This document shows, one piece after another, positions 1-9,132 of a stretch of 32,000 nt of DNA. Origin of the DNA: Propionibacterium ruminifibrarum (GTDB lineage: Bacteria; Actinomycetota; Actinomycetes; Propionibacteriales; Propionibacteriaceae); contig NZ_OMOH01000010.1 in NCBI RefSeq assembly GCF_900289195.1, forward strand, positions 53,235 through 85,234. The letters run 5' to 3'. The stretch's first letter is position 1; each line of letters opens with the position of its first letter. The translations under genes and the position numbers were made by a program. Below the pieces are notes generated by a model. The model searched no databases. It was not told the DNA's origin and saw only the letters and a list, made by a program, of their open reading frames with translations.

Positions 1-1504
1 CGGCGGCGCCGTCCTTGCGTTCGAGCCCCAGTTCGAGGGCCTCGATGCGGGCGCTGAGCGTGGCGACCTGCTGGTCCAGCCTGACCCGCTCGGTCTCGCA
101 GCGTTCGATCCGGGCGCGGGCGGCATCGACCTCATCGGTCGCCTCCTCGTAGCGGGCGTCGAGGTCCGACTCCCCCTCGCCCAGGCCGGTGATCCGCGCC
201 TCGAGGGCGACGTACTGGCGGTCGGCCTCGGCGGCCCGCGCGAGCGCCTCGTCCCGGCGGGTCTCCAGCCGATCGGTCTCCTCGCCGCCCGCCTCGAGCC
301 GGGAGCGCAGCGAGGAGACCTGGCCGCCCAGCCGCGCCAGGCCCTCACGGCGGTCGGCGATGGCCCGCAACCGGGCGGCGTACTCCTTCTCCGCCTCGGC
401 GTGCTCGCGTTCGAGGCGGGTGCGGTCGGCCCCGGCGGCCTCGAGCCGGGCCTGGGCCGTCTCGATCTCGGCGCGCAGCCCCTCCTCCTGCTCACGGAAC
501 TCGGCGGCCTCGGCATCCAGCTCGTCGGGGTCCCTGCCGTTCGCCCCGGGATTGTCGTCGACCCGGTGCCGCATGCGTTCGGCGCTGATCGAGACGACGG
601 TGGAGACCCGCTCACGCAGGGCCCTGGCCGCGTACCACTGCTCCTGGGCCCTGGTCAGGGCGGGCTGGGCGGCCGCCGCGTCGCTCTCCGCCCGGGCCTG
701 GAGGCGGCGGGCGGCGTCCAGGCGTTCCTGGGCGCGGGCCTTCTGCTCCTCGCGGGTGGCGGCCGAGGCCATCTCCGACTCGAGGGCCAGTGTGGCGGCG
801 GTCAGGTCGTCGGCCATGAGCCGGGCCCGGGCGTCACGCAGCTCGGCCTGGACGACCGCGGCCTTGCGGGCCACCGCGGCCTGGCGGCCGAGCGGTTTGA
901 GCTGGCGGCGGATCTCGGAGATGAGATCCCCCAGCCGGTCGAGGTTCGCCGAGGTGGAGTTGAGCTTGCGGACGGCCTTCTCCTTGCGGCGGCGGTGCTT
1001 GAGGACCCCGGCGGCCTCCTCGACGAAGCCGCGGCGCATCTCCGGGGTGGCCTGCAGGATCTGGTCGAGCTGCCCCTGCCCGACGATGACGTGCATCTCA
1101 CGGCCCATGCCCGTGTCGGACAGCAGCTCCTGCACGTCGAGCAGCCGGGCCGTCTGCCCGTTGATCGCGTACTCCGAGCCGCCCGCCCGGAACAGGGTGC
1201 GCGAGATCGTCACCTCGGTGTAGTCGATGGGCAGTGTGCCGTCGGTGTTGTCGATCGTCAGGGTGACCTCCGCCCGGCCCAGGGGGGCGCGCCCCGCGGT
1301 GCCGGCGAAGATGACGTCGTCCATCCTGCTGCCGCGCAGGTGCTTGGCGCCCTGCTCGCCCATGACCCATGCCAGGGCGTCGACGACATTGGACTTGCCC
1401 GAACCGTTGGGGCCGACGATGGCGGTGATGCCCGGCTCGAAGTTGAGGGTGGTTGCCGAGGCGAAGGACTTGAAACCCTTCAGCGTGAGCGATTTCAGGT
1501 ACAT
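1..1504 (-). CDS. smc: Chromosome partition protein SMC, N-terminal ~500 aa (gene continues past window start)
   Basis: Absent from the ORF track because it runs off the edge. My reverse-strand translation from ATG 1504-1502 gives MYLKSLTLKGFKSFASATTLNFEPGITAIVGPNGSGKSNVV (SMC head, Walker A GPNGSGKS). The rest of that frame appears E/A/R/L-rich, as expected for a coiled coil. Confidence 0.93.
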   Translation of the reverse strand, partial: MYLKSLTLKGFKSFASATTLNFEPGITAIVGPNGSGKSNVVDALAWVMGEQGAKHLRGSRMDDVIFAGTAGRAPLGRAEVTLTIDNTDGTLPIDYTEVTISRTLFRAGGSEYAINGQTARLLDVQELLSDTGMGREMHVIVGQGQLDQILQATPEMRRGFVEEAAGVLKHRRRKEKAVRKLNSTSANLDRLGDLISEIRRQLKPLGRQAAVARKAAVVQAELRDARARLMADDLTAATLALESEMASAATREEQKARAQERLDAARRLQARAESDAAAAQPALTRAQEQWYAARALRERVSTVVSISAERMRHRVDDNPGANGRDPDELDAEAAEFREQEEGLRAEIETAQARLEAAGADRTRLEREHAEAEKEYAARLRAIADRREGLARLGGQVSSLRSRLEAGGEETDRLETRRDEALARAAEADRQYVALEARITGLGEGESDLDARYEEATDEVDAARARIERCETERVRLDQQVATLSARIEALELGLERKDGAA

Positions 1505-1571
1505 GCCGTCCCGATCCCCCGGGGAGGACGGAGCCCGACGCCGCCCATGGGGCCTCCGGCACCGGCCGCGT

Positions 1572-2195
1572 TCACGGGTGCTCCTGACGGGCCGGGTCGC
1601 CGGAGGGGGCGTCCGACGGTGCGGCGGGCTTCTTGCCGCGGAAGGTCCACAGCTTGTTGACGACGAAGTTGATCGGCATGGTGACGAGCACCGACAGGGC
1701 GTGCGCGACGTACTCGGGCGAATGGCAGGCGTCCTCGAGCTGCGCGAGGATGCTGCCGCCGTGGCGCCACGTCCAGGCGTCGAACCATTCCCCGCGCAGG
1801 GTGATGGCATTTCCCGGACTCATCATGAGGGCCTTGAGGATCATGCCGATGAGGGCCGCGACCGCGCCGATGGACAGGAACTGCCAGAAACCCTTCCACC
1901 AGCCGCGGGACGTGCCGCGAAAGGTCCAGCTGCGGTTCAGCTGGTAGTTGTAGGTGTTCGCGACGAGGAAGGCGACGACCCACACCAGCGAGCTGAACCG
2001 GAAGTTGAAGCTCGTGCCGGGGATGGGGAACAGGATCTGCGTGGCGTTGGCCGAGCCGCCGTTCAGCTTGTTCAGGACGACGGCGACGGCCATGTTGACG
2101 ATGACACCCGATCCGCCGACGACGGCGAACCGGACGAACTGGCCGATCAGCCTGCCCCACCGGCCGCCACGAGCGCCCATGGTCTGCTCACTCAT
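1572..2195 (-). CDS. GtrA-family membrane protein
   Basis: C-terminal 207 aa of track ORF 1572..2558. Start chosen at ATG 2195 (MSEQTMGARGGRWGRLIGQFVRFAVVGGSGVIVN), preceded by GAAGGG. Four hydrophobic segments and the ending INFVVNKLWTFR are typical of GtrA-like proteins. The upstream extension is R/P-rich junk overlapping mutM. Confidence 0.8.
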   Translation of the reverse strand: MSEQTMGARGGRWGRLIGQFVRFAVVGGSGVIVNMAVAVVLNKLNGGSANATQILFPIPGTSFNFRFSSLVWVVAFLVANTYNYQLNRSWTFRGTSRGWWKGFWQFLSIGAVAALIGMILKALMMSPGNAITLRGEWFDAWTWRHGGSILAQLEDACHSPEYVAHALSVLVTMPINFVVNKLWTFRGKKPAAPSDAPSGDPARQEHP

Positions 2196-2206
2196 GGTTG
2201 ACCAAC

Positions 2207-3103
2207 CTACCCTTCCGTCGCCTCGTCCGTGCCGCGATTGCTCTTTCCTGCCCCGGGAACGTCCGAGCGGGGAGGACGCTGGCATCGGGGGCAGAGGTAA
2301 CTCGAGCGGTTCATGAACCGCTCGCGGACGATGGGTGTGCCGCAGCGCGGGCAGGGCTCCCCGGCCCGCCCGTAGACGGCCAGGGCGCGGTCGAAGTAGC
2401 CGCTGTCGCCGTTGACCTGGACGTACAGCTCGTCGAAGCTCGTGCCGCCGCAGGCCAGGGCCTCGCACATCACCTGCTGGGCGGCGCGCAGCACCGCGCG
2501 GGCCCGGCGGGTGCTGAGCGCCGGGGTGGGGAGGTCGTAGTGGGAGCGGGCGCGCCACAGGGCCTCGTCGGCGTAGATGTTCCCGATGCCCGAGACGAGG
2601 GTCTGATCGAGCAGGGCGCGTTTGAGGGTGGATCGCCTGGCCCGCATGGCCCGGGCGACACCGGGCACGTCGAAGCGTTCGTCGAAGGGGTCGAGCGCGA
2701 TGTGGGCGATCTCGTCGGGCAGCTCCGCGCCGCCGGGACTGAACGAGAGACCACCGAAGAGGCGCTGGTCGACGAACCGCACCTGGGTGCCGTCGTCGAG
2801 GTCGAGCAGGATGCGGGTGTGGCGCACCGGCGGATCGTCGGGCGAGCCGACACGGAACTGCCCGCTCATGCCCAGGTGCGCCACGATGGCGTCACCGCCG
2901 GTGGTGGGGAACCACAGGTACTTGCCGCGGCGCGCCGGACGGGTCAGGTCGAGGCCGGTCAGCCGCTGGGTGAAGTCGGCGGCGCCCGCCGCGTGCCGGC
3001 GCACTGCCCGCTCGTCGAGAACCCTGACACGGGTGATGCGCCGGCCGGTCAGGTAGGGTTCGAGCCCGGCCCTGACGACCTCCACCTCGGGCAGCTCGGG
3101 CAT
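2207..3103 (-). CDS. mutM: Formamidopyrimidine-DNA glycosylase (Fpg/MutM)
   Basis: N-terminus MPELPEVE (catalytic Pro2/Glu3), a helix-two-turn-helix region, and a C-terminal zinc finger [25 protein letters not shown]. Confidence 0.95.
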   Translation of the reverse strand: MPELPEVEVVRAGLEPYLTGRRITRVRVLDERAVRRHAAGAADFTQRLTGLDLTRPARRGKYLWFPTTGGDAIVAHLGMSGQFRVGSPDDPPVRHTRILLDLDDGTQVRFVDQRLFGGLSFSPGGAELPDEIAHIALDPFDERFDVPGVARAMRARRSTLKRALLDQTLVSGIGNIYADEALWRARSHYDLPTPALSTRRARAVLRAAQQVMCEALACGGTSFDELYVQVNGDSGYFDRALAVYGRAGEPCPRCGTPIVRERFMNRSSYLCPRCQRPPRSDVPGAGKSNRGTDEATEG

Positions 3104-3849
3104 CAGCTCCGACTCGTCTCGGCCTGCTGGTCCAGGTCGTCCTGCTGGCGGTCGCGTTCCCGTTCGAGTGCCTTGAATGCGTACTCGGCGGCGCGTTGTT
3201 CGGCCTGTTTCTTGTTGTGGCCCTTGCCCGCGTTGAAACGGCGTCCGGCCGCGAGGGCCGTGGCGACGAAGTGCTTGTTGTGGTCGGGCCCGAACTCCTC
3301 GATCTCGTACTCCGGGGGGTCCACGCCCAGCCAGGCGCAGATCTCCTGCAGGGAGGTCTTCCAGTCCAGACCGGCGCCGGTGCGAATGGCCTGGTCGACG
3401 AGCGGGTCGAAGATGTGGTGCACGAAGGTGGCCGCGCCGGCCGGGTCCGTGAGGTACATGGCGCCGATGAGCGCCTCGGTCGTGTCGGCCAGGATGCTCG
3501 TCTTGTCACGTCCGCCGGTGGTCAGTTCACCGTGACCGAGCTTGACCAGCTGGCCGATGGACAGCGCCCGGGCCACCTTGGCGAGACTCACCGCGCTCAC
3601 CACGGAGGCACGGACCTTCGCCAGGCGTCCCTCGGGGAAGTCCGGGAACCCCCGGTACAGGTAGTCGGTGACGTTGACACCGAGCACCGAGTCGCCGAGG
3701 AACTCGAGCCGCTCGTTGTGGGGGATCTGCCCGTTCTCGTACGCATAGGAACGATGCGTCAGGGCAAGCTCAAGGAGCTCGGCGTCCAGCGGGATGCCGA
3801 GCTCCTTGATCAGCGCGTTGAATTGGTTCGCAGGTTTACTCGAACTCAC
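3103..3849 (-). CDS. rnc: Ribonuclease III
   Basis: Signature LTHRSYAYE...[13 protein letters not shown] and a C-terminal dsRBD-like [19 protein letters not shown] start. Its stop overlaps the mutM ATG by 1 nt (TGATG). Confidence 0.95.
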   Translation of the reverse strand: MSSSKPANQFNALIKELGIPLDAELLELALTHRSYAYENGQIPHNERLEFLGDSVLGVNVTDYLYRGFPDFPEGRLAKVRASVVSAVSLAKVARALSIGQLVKLGHGELTTGGRDKTSILADTTEALIGAMYLTDPAGAATFVHHIFDPLVDQAIRTGAGLDWKTSLQEICAWLGVDPPEYEIEEFGPDHNKHFVATALAAGRRFNAGKGHNKKQAEQRAAEYAFKALERERDRQQDDLDQQAETSRS

Positions 3850-4048
3850 GAGTGTTCAGGCTCCCCACCACCGTGCGAGTGCTCTCGCCAGTGCCGTACT
3901 GGTGGCACTTCGGGCACGCGGTGTGGGGCAGGTGCTGGGTTCGGCACGCGGGGTTCGGGCAGGTCACCAGCGTCACTGGCGCAGCCTTCCACTGCGAGCG
4001 GCGCGACCGCGTGTTGCTGCGGGACATCTTCCGCTTCGGGACAGCCAC
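3836..4048 (-). CDS. rpmF: 50S ribosomal protein L32 (Cys-containing zinc-ribbon form)
   Basis: [21 protein letters not shown] with CPNPAC...CPKC. GAGGAG Shine-Dalgarno 7 nt upstream. The 3' end overlaps the rnc start by 14 nt. Confidence 0.93.
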   Translation of the reverse strand: MAVPKRKMSRSNTRSRRSQWKAAPVTLVTCPNPACRTQHLPHTACPKCHQYGTGESTRTVVGSLNTREFE

Positions 4049-4131
4049 GTTAGTTCTCCTCGATCATGGTCTCTCGGCACGCCTTGCACGGGCACGCAAC
4101 GTATAAGCATACCCCCTGACCCTGCCAGCGC

Positions 4132-4692
4132 CTAATCCTCGTTGTCAGGGCCGCCTGGGGTCATGTCGCCGCCGAGACCGGCGAGTTTGCTCCACCGCGG
4201 GTCGATGGCGGCCTCGTGCCGGTGGTCGGGGTTCTCGTTGAGGTTGGCGCCGCAGGTGGGGCACAGGCCCCGGCAGTCGGGGCGGCACAGCGGGCTGAAC
4301 GGCAGTTCGAGGACGATGGCCGCGCGGAGGGCGGGATCGAGGTCGAGCAGGTCGTCCTCGAGGAAGAGCTCGTCCTCGGCGGCCTGCCGGCCGGGGTAGT
4401 TGTACAGCTCGGTGACCCGGTACGTGCCCCGGTCGCTGAGGGGGGTGAGGCAGCGCGCGCACTCCCCCGCCAGCGGCACCTCGACCGTCCCGGTCACCAG
4501 CACGCCCTCCACGACGGACTCGAGGGTGAGATCGAGCTGCATCGGGGCGCCCTCGGGCACGCCGATGAGTTCGATGCCCAGGTCGGCCGGGGCCTCGATG
4601 GTGTCGCGGAGCCGCCTCAGCGCACCTGCCTGGCGGGCCAGCTCGTGCGTGTCGACGACGAGCGGGTCACGGGCGTCCAAGTGGGTACTCAC
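4132..4692 (-). CDS. DUF177/YceD-family protein (large-subunit rRNA accumulation protein)
   Basis: Cys motif CARCL...LCRPDCRGLCPTCGANLN and the conserved position upstream of rpmF. GTG start. Confidence 0.85.
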   Translation of the reverse strand: MSTHLDARDPLVVDTHELARQAGALRRLRDTIEAPADLGIELIGVPEGAPMQLDLTLESVVEGVLVTGTVEVPLAGECARCLTPLSDRGTYRVTELYNYPGRQAAEDELFLEDDLLDLDPALRAAIVLELPFSPLCRPDCRGLCPTCGANLNENPDHRHEAAIDPRWSKLAGLGGDMTPGGPDNED

Positions 4693-4698
4693 GCCACC

Positions 4699-4704
4699 AG
4701 CCTA
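4699..4704 (-). promoter_or_regulatory. -10-like TAGGCT, 6 nt upstream of DUF177 GTG (leaderless-type promoter)
   Basis: Minus strand reads caTAGGCTggtggcGTG. Confidence 0.5.
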
Positions 4705-4779
4705 TGGCCCCGCCCAACCCCCTCAACGCGGATCGGGTGCAGCACCCGGCGGGGTCGGCGCGGGTGCCACCAGCCGGGC

Positions 4780-5274
4780 CTATGGCCTGTTCTTCCGCTT
4801 GACCGCCTCGTGAACCGCCGGCGTCACGAACCGGCTGATGTCCCCGTTGTTGGCGGCCACCTCGCGCAGCAGCGTGCTGGAGATGGTGCCGTAGTCGTGA
4901 CCGGCCGGCAGGAGAACGGTCTCGACGCCCGAGAGCATGCGGTTGAGCTGGCTCATCTGCAGTTCGTAGTCGAAGTCGGACCCGAAGCGCACGCCCTTGA
5001 CGATGATGGCGGCACCGTGCTCGCGGCAGAAGTCGACGAGCAGCGCATCGATGGGCTCGACGCTCACGCCGTCCAGCCCCGAGACGGCGTCACGCACGAG
5101 CGCCAGACGCTCGTCGAGGTCGAAGAGGTAGTTCTTGGTGGTGTTGCGGCCCACGGCGACGATGACCTCGCTGAAGACGTCATGGGCCCGGGTGATGATG
5201 TCGAGGTGGCCGAGGGTGATCGGGTCGAAGGATCCGGGGACGACGGCACGGACCGGGTCGGGCATCGGGTTCAC
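4780..5274 (-). CDS. coaD: Phosphopantetheine adenylyltransferase
   Basis: PGSFDPITLGHLDII (nucleotidyltransferase T/HxGH motif) and ISSTLLRE near the C-terminus. About 160 aa, typical size. Confidence 0.93.
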   Translation of the reverse strand: MNPMPDPVRAVVPGSFDPITLGHLDIITRAHDVFSEVIVAVGRNTTKNYLFDLDERLALVRDAVSGLDGVSVEPIDALLVDFCREHGAAIIVKGVRFGSDFDYELQMSQLNRMLSGVETVLLPAGHDYGTISSTLLREVAANNGDISRFVTPAVHEAVKRKNRP

Positions 5275-5858
5275 CTTCCTGCTGGCCGGCAGAAGTACAG
5301 GGCTGTCTCACCGTAGTCCCGGCGGCCGCTCAACTCGAATCCGCCGGGCCAGGTCGGCTCAGGATCGCGCCGGGACCGCTCGACGACGAGCAGGCCGTCG
5401 GGGGCGAGGAAGCCCCCGTCGACGGCGGCCCGGAGCAGGCCGGTCAGTTCGTCGTTGGGCATGCCATAGGGCGGGTCGGCGACGATGACGTCGAAGACGA
5501 CCGGCGGCGGGCCGGCCAGGAAGGCTGCCGCGTCGCGCACGTGCAGGTGCGCGCCCAGGCCCGTCGAGGCGATGTTGCGTCGGATGACCTGGGCCGCCCT
5601 GCGGTCCCGCTCGACCAGGTGGACGGGGGCGGCGCCCCGGCTGGCGGCCTCCAGGCCGATGGCGCCGGAGCCGGCGAAGACGTCGAGGACGGCCAGGCCC
5701 GCGCACTGCGTCTCGACGGGTTCACCCGCCGTGCCGCTCCAAGTGGCGAGGGCGCTGAACAGGGCCTCACGGACCCGGTCGGTGGTGGGGCGAGTCGTCG
5801 TACCGGCAAGAGCGGCCAGCCTGGCGCCGCGTGCCCGGCCCGCGATGATTCTGCCCAC
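5271..5858 (-). CDS. rsmD: 16S rRNA (guanine966-N2)-methyltransferase RsmD
   Basis: SAM motif DVFAGSGAIGLEAASRGA and DPPY catalytic motif. 4-nt overlap with coaD. GTG start. Confidence 0.88.
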   Translation of the reverse strand: MGRIIAGRARGARLAALAGTTTRPTTDRVREALFSALATWSGTAGEPVETQCAGLAVLDVFAGSGAIGLEAASRGAAPVHLVERDRRAAQVIRRNIASTGLGAHLHVRDAAAFLAGPPPVVFDVIVADPPYGMPNDELTGLLRAAVDGGFLAPDGLLVVERSRRDPEPTWPGGFELSGRRDYGETALYFCRPAGR

Positions 5859-5864
5859 AGCTCA

Positions 5865-5870
5865 AGACTA
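5865..5870 (-). promoter_or_regulatory. -10-like TAGTCT, 6 nt upstream of rsmD GTG
   Basis: Minus strand reads gcTAGTCTtgagctGTG. Confidence 0.5.
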
Positions 5871-5936
5871 GCGATCCGGCATTTTGGGGGTGGCTTTCCA
5901 CAGGCCACCGGGCGGATTGTGAGGTTAGATAGGCCC

Positions 5937-6362
5937 ATGGCTGACACTGAAACCACGAGCCCGATTTCTGAGATCCCGGAGGAGAGCGCCTGGGGTTACC
6001 TCGCCAGCGTCGACGTGGGCCGCATCGCCGTGGCCTCCGAGGGCATTCCCGAGATCTACCCGGTGAACTTCTGCCTGGATGGCGAGAGCGTCGTCTTCCG
6101 CAGCGCCCCGGGCAGCAAGCTCGAGAAGCTGGCCCTCAACTCGCACGTCGCGTTCGAGGCAGACGCCTGGACCGATGACGGCGGCTGGAGCGTGCTGCTG
6201 CGCGGCACGGCCATGCTGATCGAGGACGCCGACGAGCTGGCGCGCCTGGCGAAGGCCCCGCTGCGCCCGTGGGTGCCCACCCTGAAGAACAACTGGGTGC
6301 GCATCGTTCCCTCCCAGCTCACCGCCCGCCACTTCGAGTTCGGCCCTGAACCCACGCAGTGA
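5937..6362 (+). CDS. Pyridoxamine 5'-phosphate oxidase-family (Pyridox_ox_2-like) protein
   Basis: Only the last 141 aa of track ORF 5541..6362 look coding (MADTETT...GRIAVASEGIPEIYPVNFCLDGESVVFRSAPGSKL...RIVPSQLTARHF). ATG at 5937. The upstream part is antisense to rsmD. Confidence 0.75.
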   Translation: MADTETTSPISEIPEESAWGYLASVDVGRIAVASEGIPEIYPVNFCLDGESVVFRSAPGSKLEKLALNSHVAFEADAWTDDGGWSVLLRGTAMLIEDADELARLAKAPLRPWVPTLKNNWVRIVPSQLTARHFEFGPEPTQ

Positions 6363-6383
6363 AACGGGCCCGGTAGCCGGCCC

Positions 6384-6424
6384 GCGCCCCACCGCCCCAC
6401 TGCCAGATGCGGGCGGTGGGGCGC
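6384..6424. terminator. Bidirectional terminator hairpin between convergent PPOX-like gene and recG
   Basis: Perfect 14-bp stem GCGCCCCACCGCCC / GGGCGGTGGGGCGC with a 13-nt loop. Confidence 0.65.
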
Positions 6425-6447
6425 GGCAGGCCGGATGAGGCGGCCGG

Positions 6448-8718
6448 TCAGTCGCGTTCGAGCCACTCGGCCGCGCTGAGCCGCTGTCCCCGGCGCAGCA
6501 TGTCGGCCGGCCCTGCGGGCAGGTTCTCAGCCGGTGTTCCGGCGAGTGTCTCGGCGATGACGCGGGCCCTGGTGATGACGTCGGCGTCATCAAGCACCCG
6601 GAGCAGCCGCAGGGAGCTGCGTGACCCCGACTGTTCCGCGCCGAGTACGTCGCCTTCCCGACGCTGTGCCAGGTCGAGTTCGGCCAGGACGAAGCCGTCC
6701 CGGGTCGCCGCGACGTCACGCAGGCGCTGGGCGGCAGGTGTCCGCGGATCGGTGGCGCTCAGCAGCAGGCAGATGCCCGGGTACCCGCCACGGCCGATGC
6801 GTCCGCGCAGCTGGTGCAGCTGACTGACCCCGAAACGGTCGGCGTCCAGGACGACCATGGCGCTGGCATTGGGCACGTCGACGCCCACCTCGATGATGGT
6901 GGTCGTCACGAGGACGTCGATCTCGCCTGCGATGAAGGACGCCATCGTCGCCGCCTTGGCCTCGTTGCCCTGCCGCCCGTGCAGGAGCCCCAGCCGCAGG
7001 CCCGCCAGTTCGTTGCCGGCGAGCCTGGCGTAGGTCTCCTCGGCGCCGGCGGTCTCCGGCGCGTCCTCAGCCCCGGCCGATGCTGGCCCGTCTGAGCCAC
7101 CGATGCGCGGGCAGACGACGAAGCCCTGGCGGCCGGCCCGGACCTCCTCGCGCAGCCGCGCCCAGACCCTGCCCGTCCAGGTCGGGTGCTCCGCGGTGAG
7201 GACCGCCGTGGTCTGCACGTCGGCGCGACCGCCGGGAAGGTCCTGGAGGGTGGAGACCTCGAGGTCGCCGAAGACGGTCATGGCGACCGACCTGGGGATC
7301 GGTGTCGCGGTGAGCACGAGTTCGTGGGGGCGCAGCCTGCTGCCGGCGGTCAGCCTGGCCCGCTGTTCGACGCCGAAGCGGTGCTGCTCGTCGATGACGA
7401 CGAGACCGAGCCCCGCGAAGCGGACGTCGTCTCCGAGCAGGGCGTGCGTGCCGACGACGATGCCCGCCTCGCCCGAGGCGATCCGGTCGAGGATCTCCCG
7501 GCGCCTGGCGGTGGGCACCGAGCCGGTGAGCAGTTCGACGCGGGTGGCGTGCTCGGGGGCTGCGAGGGTGCCGCCGGCGGCGAGGTCGCCCATGAGGGAG
7601 TCGACGGTGGCCGCGTGCTGGGTGGCGAGCACCTCCGTGGGGGCCAGCAGGACGGCCTGGCGCCCGGCGTCGACGGCGGCGAGCATGGCGCGCAGGGCGA
7701 CGACGGTCTTCCCGGAGCCGACCTCGCCCTGCAGCAGTCGCTGCATGGGCCGTTCGGAGGCCATGTCGGCTCCGATCTCGGCGCTGACCCGCTGCTGGGC
7801 GTCGGTGAGTTCGAAGGGGAGCCGGGCGTCGAAGGCCGCCAGGAGGCCGTCTGTCCGGGGGACGACGGCGGCCGCCTCGTGCGTGGCGGCCTCACGGCGC
7901 CGGTAGGCCATGGTGAGCTGCAGGCCGAGTGCCTCGTCGAACTTGAGGCGGCGCATGCCGGACTCGACGTCCTGCCTGCTGCGGGGCTGGTGGACCATGG
8001 TGAAGGCCTCGAGCAGGCCGGGCAGCTCCTCGCCGGAGCGGATCTGCTCGGGCAGCGGGTCGTCGATGCCGGTGAGCATGTCGAGGCCCATGGCGACGCA
8101 TTCGGCGATCTGCCAGGTCGGCAGGGCGGCCCGCGCCGGGTAGATGCCGATCACCTCGCCCCGGCTGACGACCTGGGCCATCTGGGTCTTCTTCTCGTCG
8201 GCGGCCCCGACGATGCGGCCGTCGCCGTCGAGCATGACGAAGTCGGGATGGCTCATCTGCAGCTCGCCCCGGAACTCGCCGATCTTGCCGACGAAGATGC
8301 CCCTGACCCCCATCGAGAGCTGGCGGCGCCAGTAGTCGACGAGGTGTTTCTTCCCGAAGAAGATGAGTTTGAGCTGCCCCCGCCCGTCCGTGAGCACCGC
8401 CTCGAGGCGCCAGCGCCGGGCGTCGCCCTTGAACGGCTGGGCGCCGACAAACTCGACCCCGGCCAGGACGGCGGCCCGCTCCCCCGGCAGGAGCGCGCTC
8501 AGGTCGCTGCGCTGGGTGCCGTAGAGGTAGTCGCGGGGCGTGTAGTGCATGAGGTCGTCGAGGGTGCGCACGCCGACCGCGGCGAGGGCCTTCGCCGTCC
8601 GCGCGCCGAACACCCCCGACAGCGGCTCGGACAGCCGCCGGTAGGCCCGGGTGCGGAACGGGCTCGCCACCTGGCCGGGACGTGCTCCCCGGCCTGCTGT
8701 TCTGGTCCCACTCACCAC
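6448..8718 (-). CDS. recG: ATP-dependent DNA helicase RecG
   Basis: 756 aa with an N-terminal wedge/OB region, Walker A GEVGSGKT, DEQH box VIDEQHRFGV, and helicase C motif QLHQLRGRIGRG. Confidence 0.95.
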   Translation of the reverse strand: MVSGTRTAGRGARPGQVASPFRTRAYRRLSEPLSGVFGARTAKALAAVGVRTLDDLMHYTPRDYLYGTQRSDLSALLPGERAAVLAGVEFVGAQPFKGDARRWRLEAVLTDGRGQLKLIFFGKKHLVDYWRRQLSMGVRGIFVGKIGEFRGELQMSHPDFVMLDGDGRIVGAADEKKTQMAQVVSRGEVIGIYPARAALPTWQIAECVAMGLDMLTGIDDPLPEQIRSGEELPGLLEAFTMVHQPRSRQDVESGMRRLKFDEALGLQLTMAYRRREAATHEAAAVVPRTDGLLAAFDARLPFELTDAQQRVSAEIGADMASERPMQRLLQGEVGSGKTVVALRAMLAAVDAGRQAVLLAPTEVLATQHAATVDSLMGDLAAGGTLAAPEHATRVELLTGSVPTARRREILDRIASGEAGIVVGTHALLGDDVRFAGLGLVVIDEQHRFGVEQRARLTAGSRLRPHELVLTATPIPRSVAMTVFGDLEVSTLQDLPGGRADVQTTAVLTAEHPTWTGRVWARLREEVRAGRQGFVVCPRIGGSDGPASAGAEDAPETAGAEETYARLAGNELAGLRLGLLHGRQGNEAKAATMASFIAGEIDVLVTTTIIEVGVDVPNASAMVVLDADRFGVSQLHQLRGRIGRGGYPGICLLLSATDPRTPAAQRLRDVAATRDGFVLAELDLAQRREGDVLGAEQSGSRSSLRLLRVLDDADVITRARVIAETLAGTPAENLPAGPADMLRRGQRLSAAEWLERD

Positions 8719-8725
8719 GTGTCCG

Positions 8726-8731
8726 AGACTA
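8726..8731 (-). promoter_or_regulatory. -10-like TAGTCT, 7 nt upstream of recG GTG
   Basis: Minus strand reads gcTAGTCTcggacacGTG. Confidence 0.5.
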
Positions 8732-8796
8732 GCGGGGCGGGCGGACAGTTCCCGGCGCCGACCTGGCCCGCGCCGTCAGGCGACGGCGGACAGGAC

Positions 8797-8826
8797 GAAG
8801 GGCCCGCTCATTAGAGCGGGCCCTTC
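8797..8826 (-). terminator. Hairpin downstream of rpmB
   Basis: GAAGGGCCCGCTC-ATTA-GAGCGGGCCCTTC, a 13-bp perfect stem 15 nt after the rpmB stop. No U-tract, which is common in actinobacteria. Confidence 0.6.
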
Positions 8827-8840
8827 GCAGAACCTGGGAC

Positions 8841-9026
8841 TCAGCGGCTGACCTTGCCGGCCTTCAGGCAGGAAGTGCAGACGTTCAGGCGCTTCGACGT
8901 GCCGTTGACGACGGCACGGACGCGCTGGATGTTGGGATTCCAACGACGATTCGTCTTCTTCTTCGACCACGGCACGTTGTGCCCGAAGCCGGGGCCCTTG
9001 CCGCAGATCTCGCACACGGCAGCCAT
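8841..9026 (-). CDS. rpmB: 50S ribosomal protein L28 (Cys-containing form)
   Basis: MAAVCEICGKGPGFGHNVPWSKKKTNRRWNPNIQ...CTSCLKAGKV. AAGGAG Shine-Dalgarno upstream. Confidence 0.93.
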   Translation of the reverse strand: MAAVCEICGKGPGFGHNVPWSKKKTNRRWNPNIQRVRAVVNGTSKRLNVCTSCLKAGKVSR

Positions 9027-9090
9027 GGCGACTCCTTGACCTCTTCGATGACAGTGAACTGCACCCGCGGGGGCGCAACTTGGTGATCAT

Positions 9091-9126
9091 ATCCCGCCGG
9101 GAAGGCGTTCCCCAAATCCCGCCGGG
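9091..9126. repeat. 11-bp direct repeat ATCCCGCCGGG x2 in the rpmB promoter region
   Basis: Copies at 9091-9101 and 9116-9126 (25-bp period) flank a small GGGAA/TTCCC hairpin. The proximal copy abuts a TATGAT -10 candidate (9086-9091, minus strand). Confidence 0.7.
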
Positions 9127-9132
9127 CCGGGC

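Noticed and set aside
7186-8814. 542-aa plus-strand ORF antisense to recG. The same applies to similar antisense ORFs at 189..1223, 401..1660, 9229..10878, 11718..13499, 13721..15349, 16954..18609, 19110..20327, 22096..24207, 24194..25327 and 29645..31375.
   Set aside because: Stop codons are rare in off-frames of high-GC DNA. The translations are G/A/R/P/D low-complexity with no motifs, and each fully overlaps a gene with clear family signatures on the other strand.
8841-9026. L28/L32 considered as Zur-regulated zinc-independent paralogues
   Set aside because: Both retain their Cys pairs (CEIC...CTSC; CPNPAC...CPKC), so they are the zinc-binding primary copies. No AT-rich Zur-box palindrome was seen upstream.
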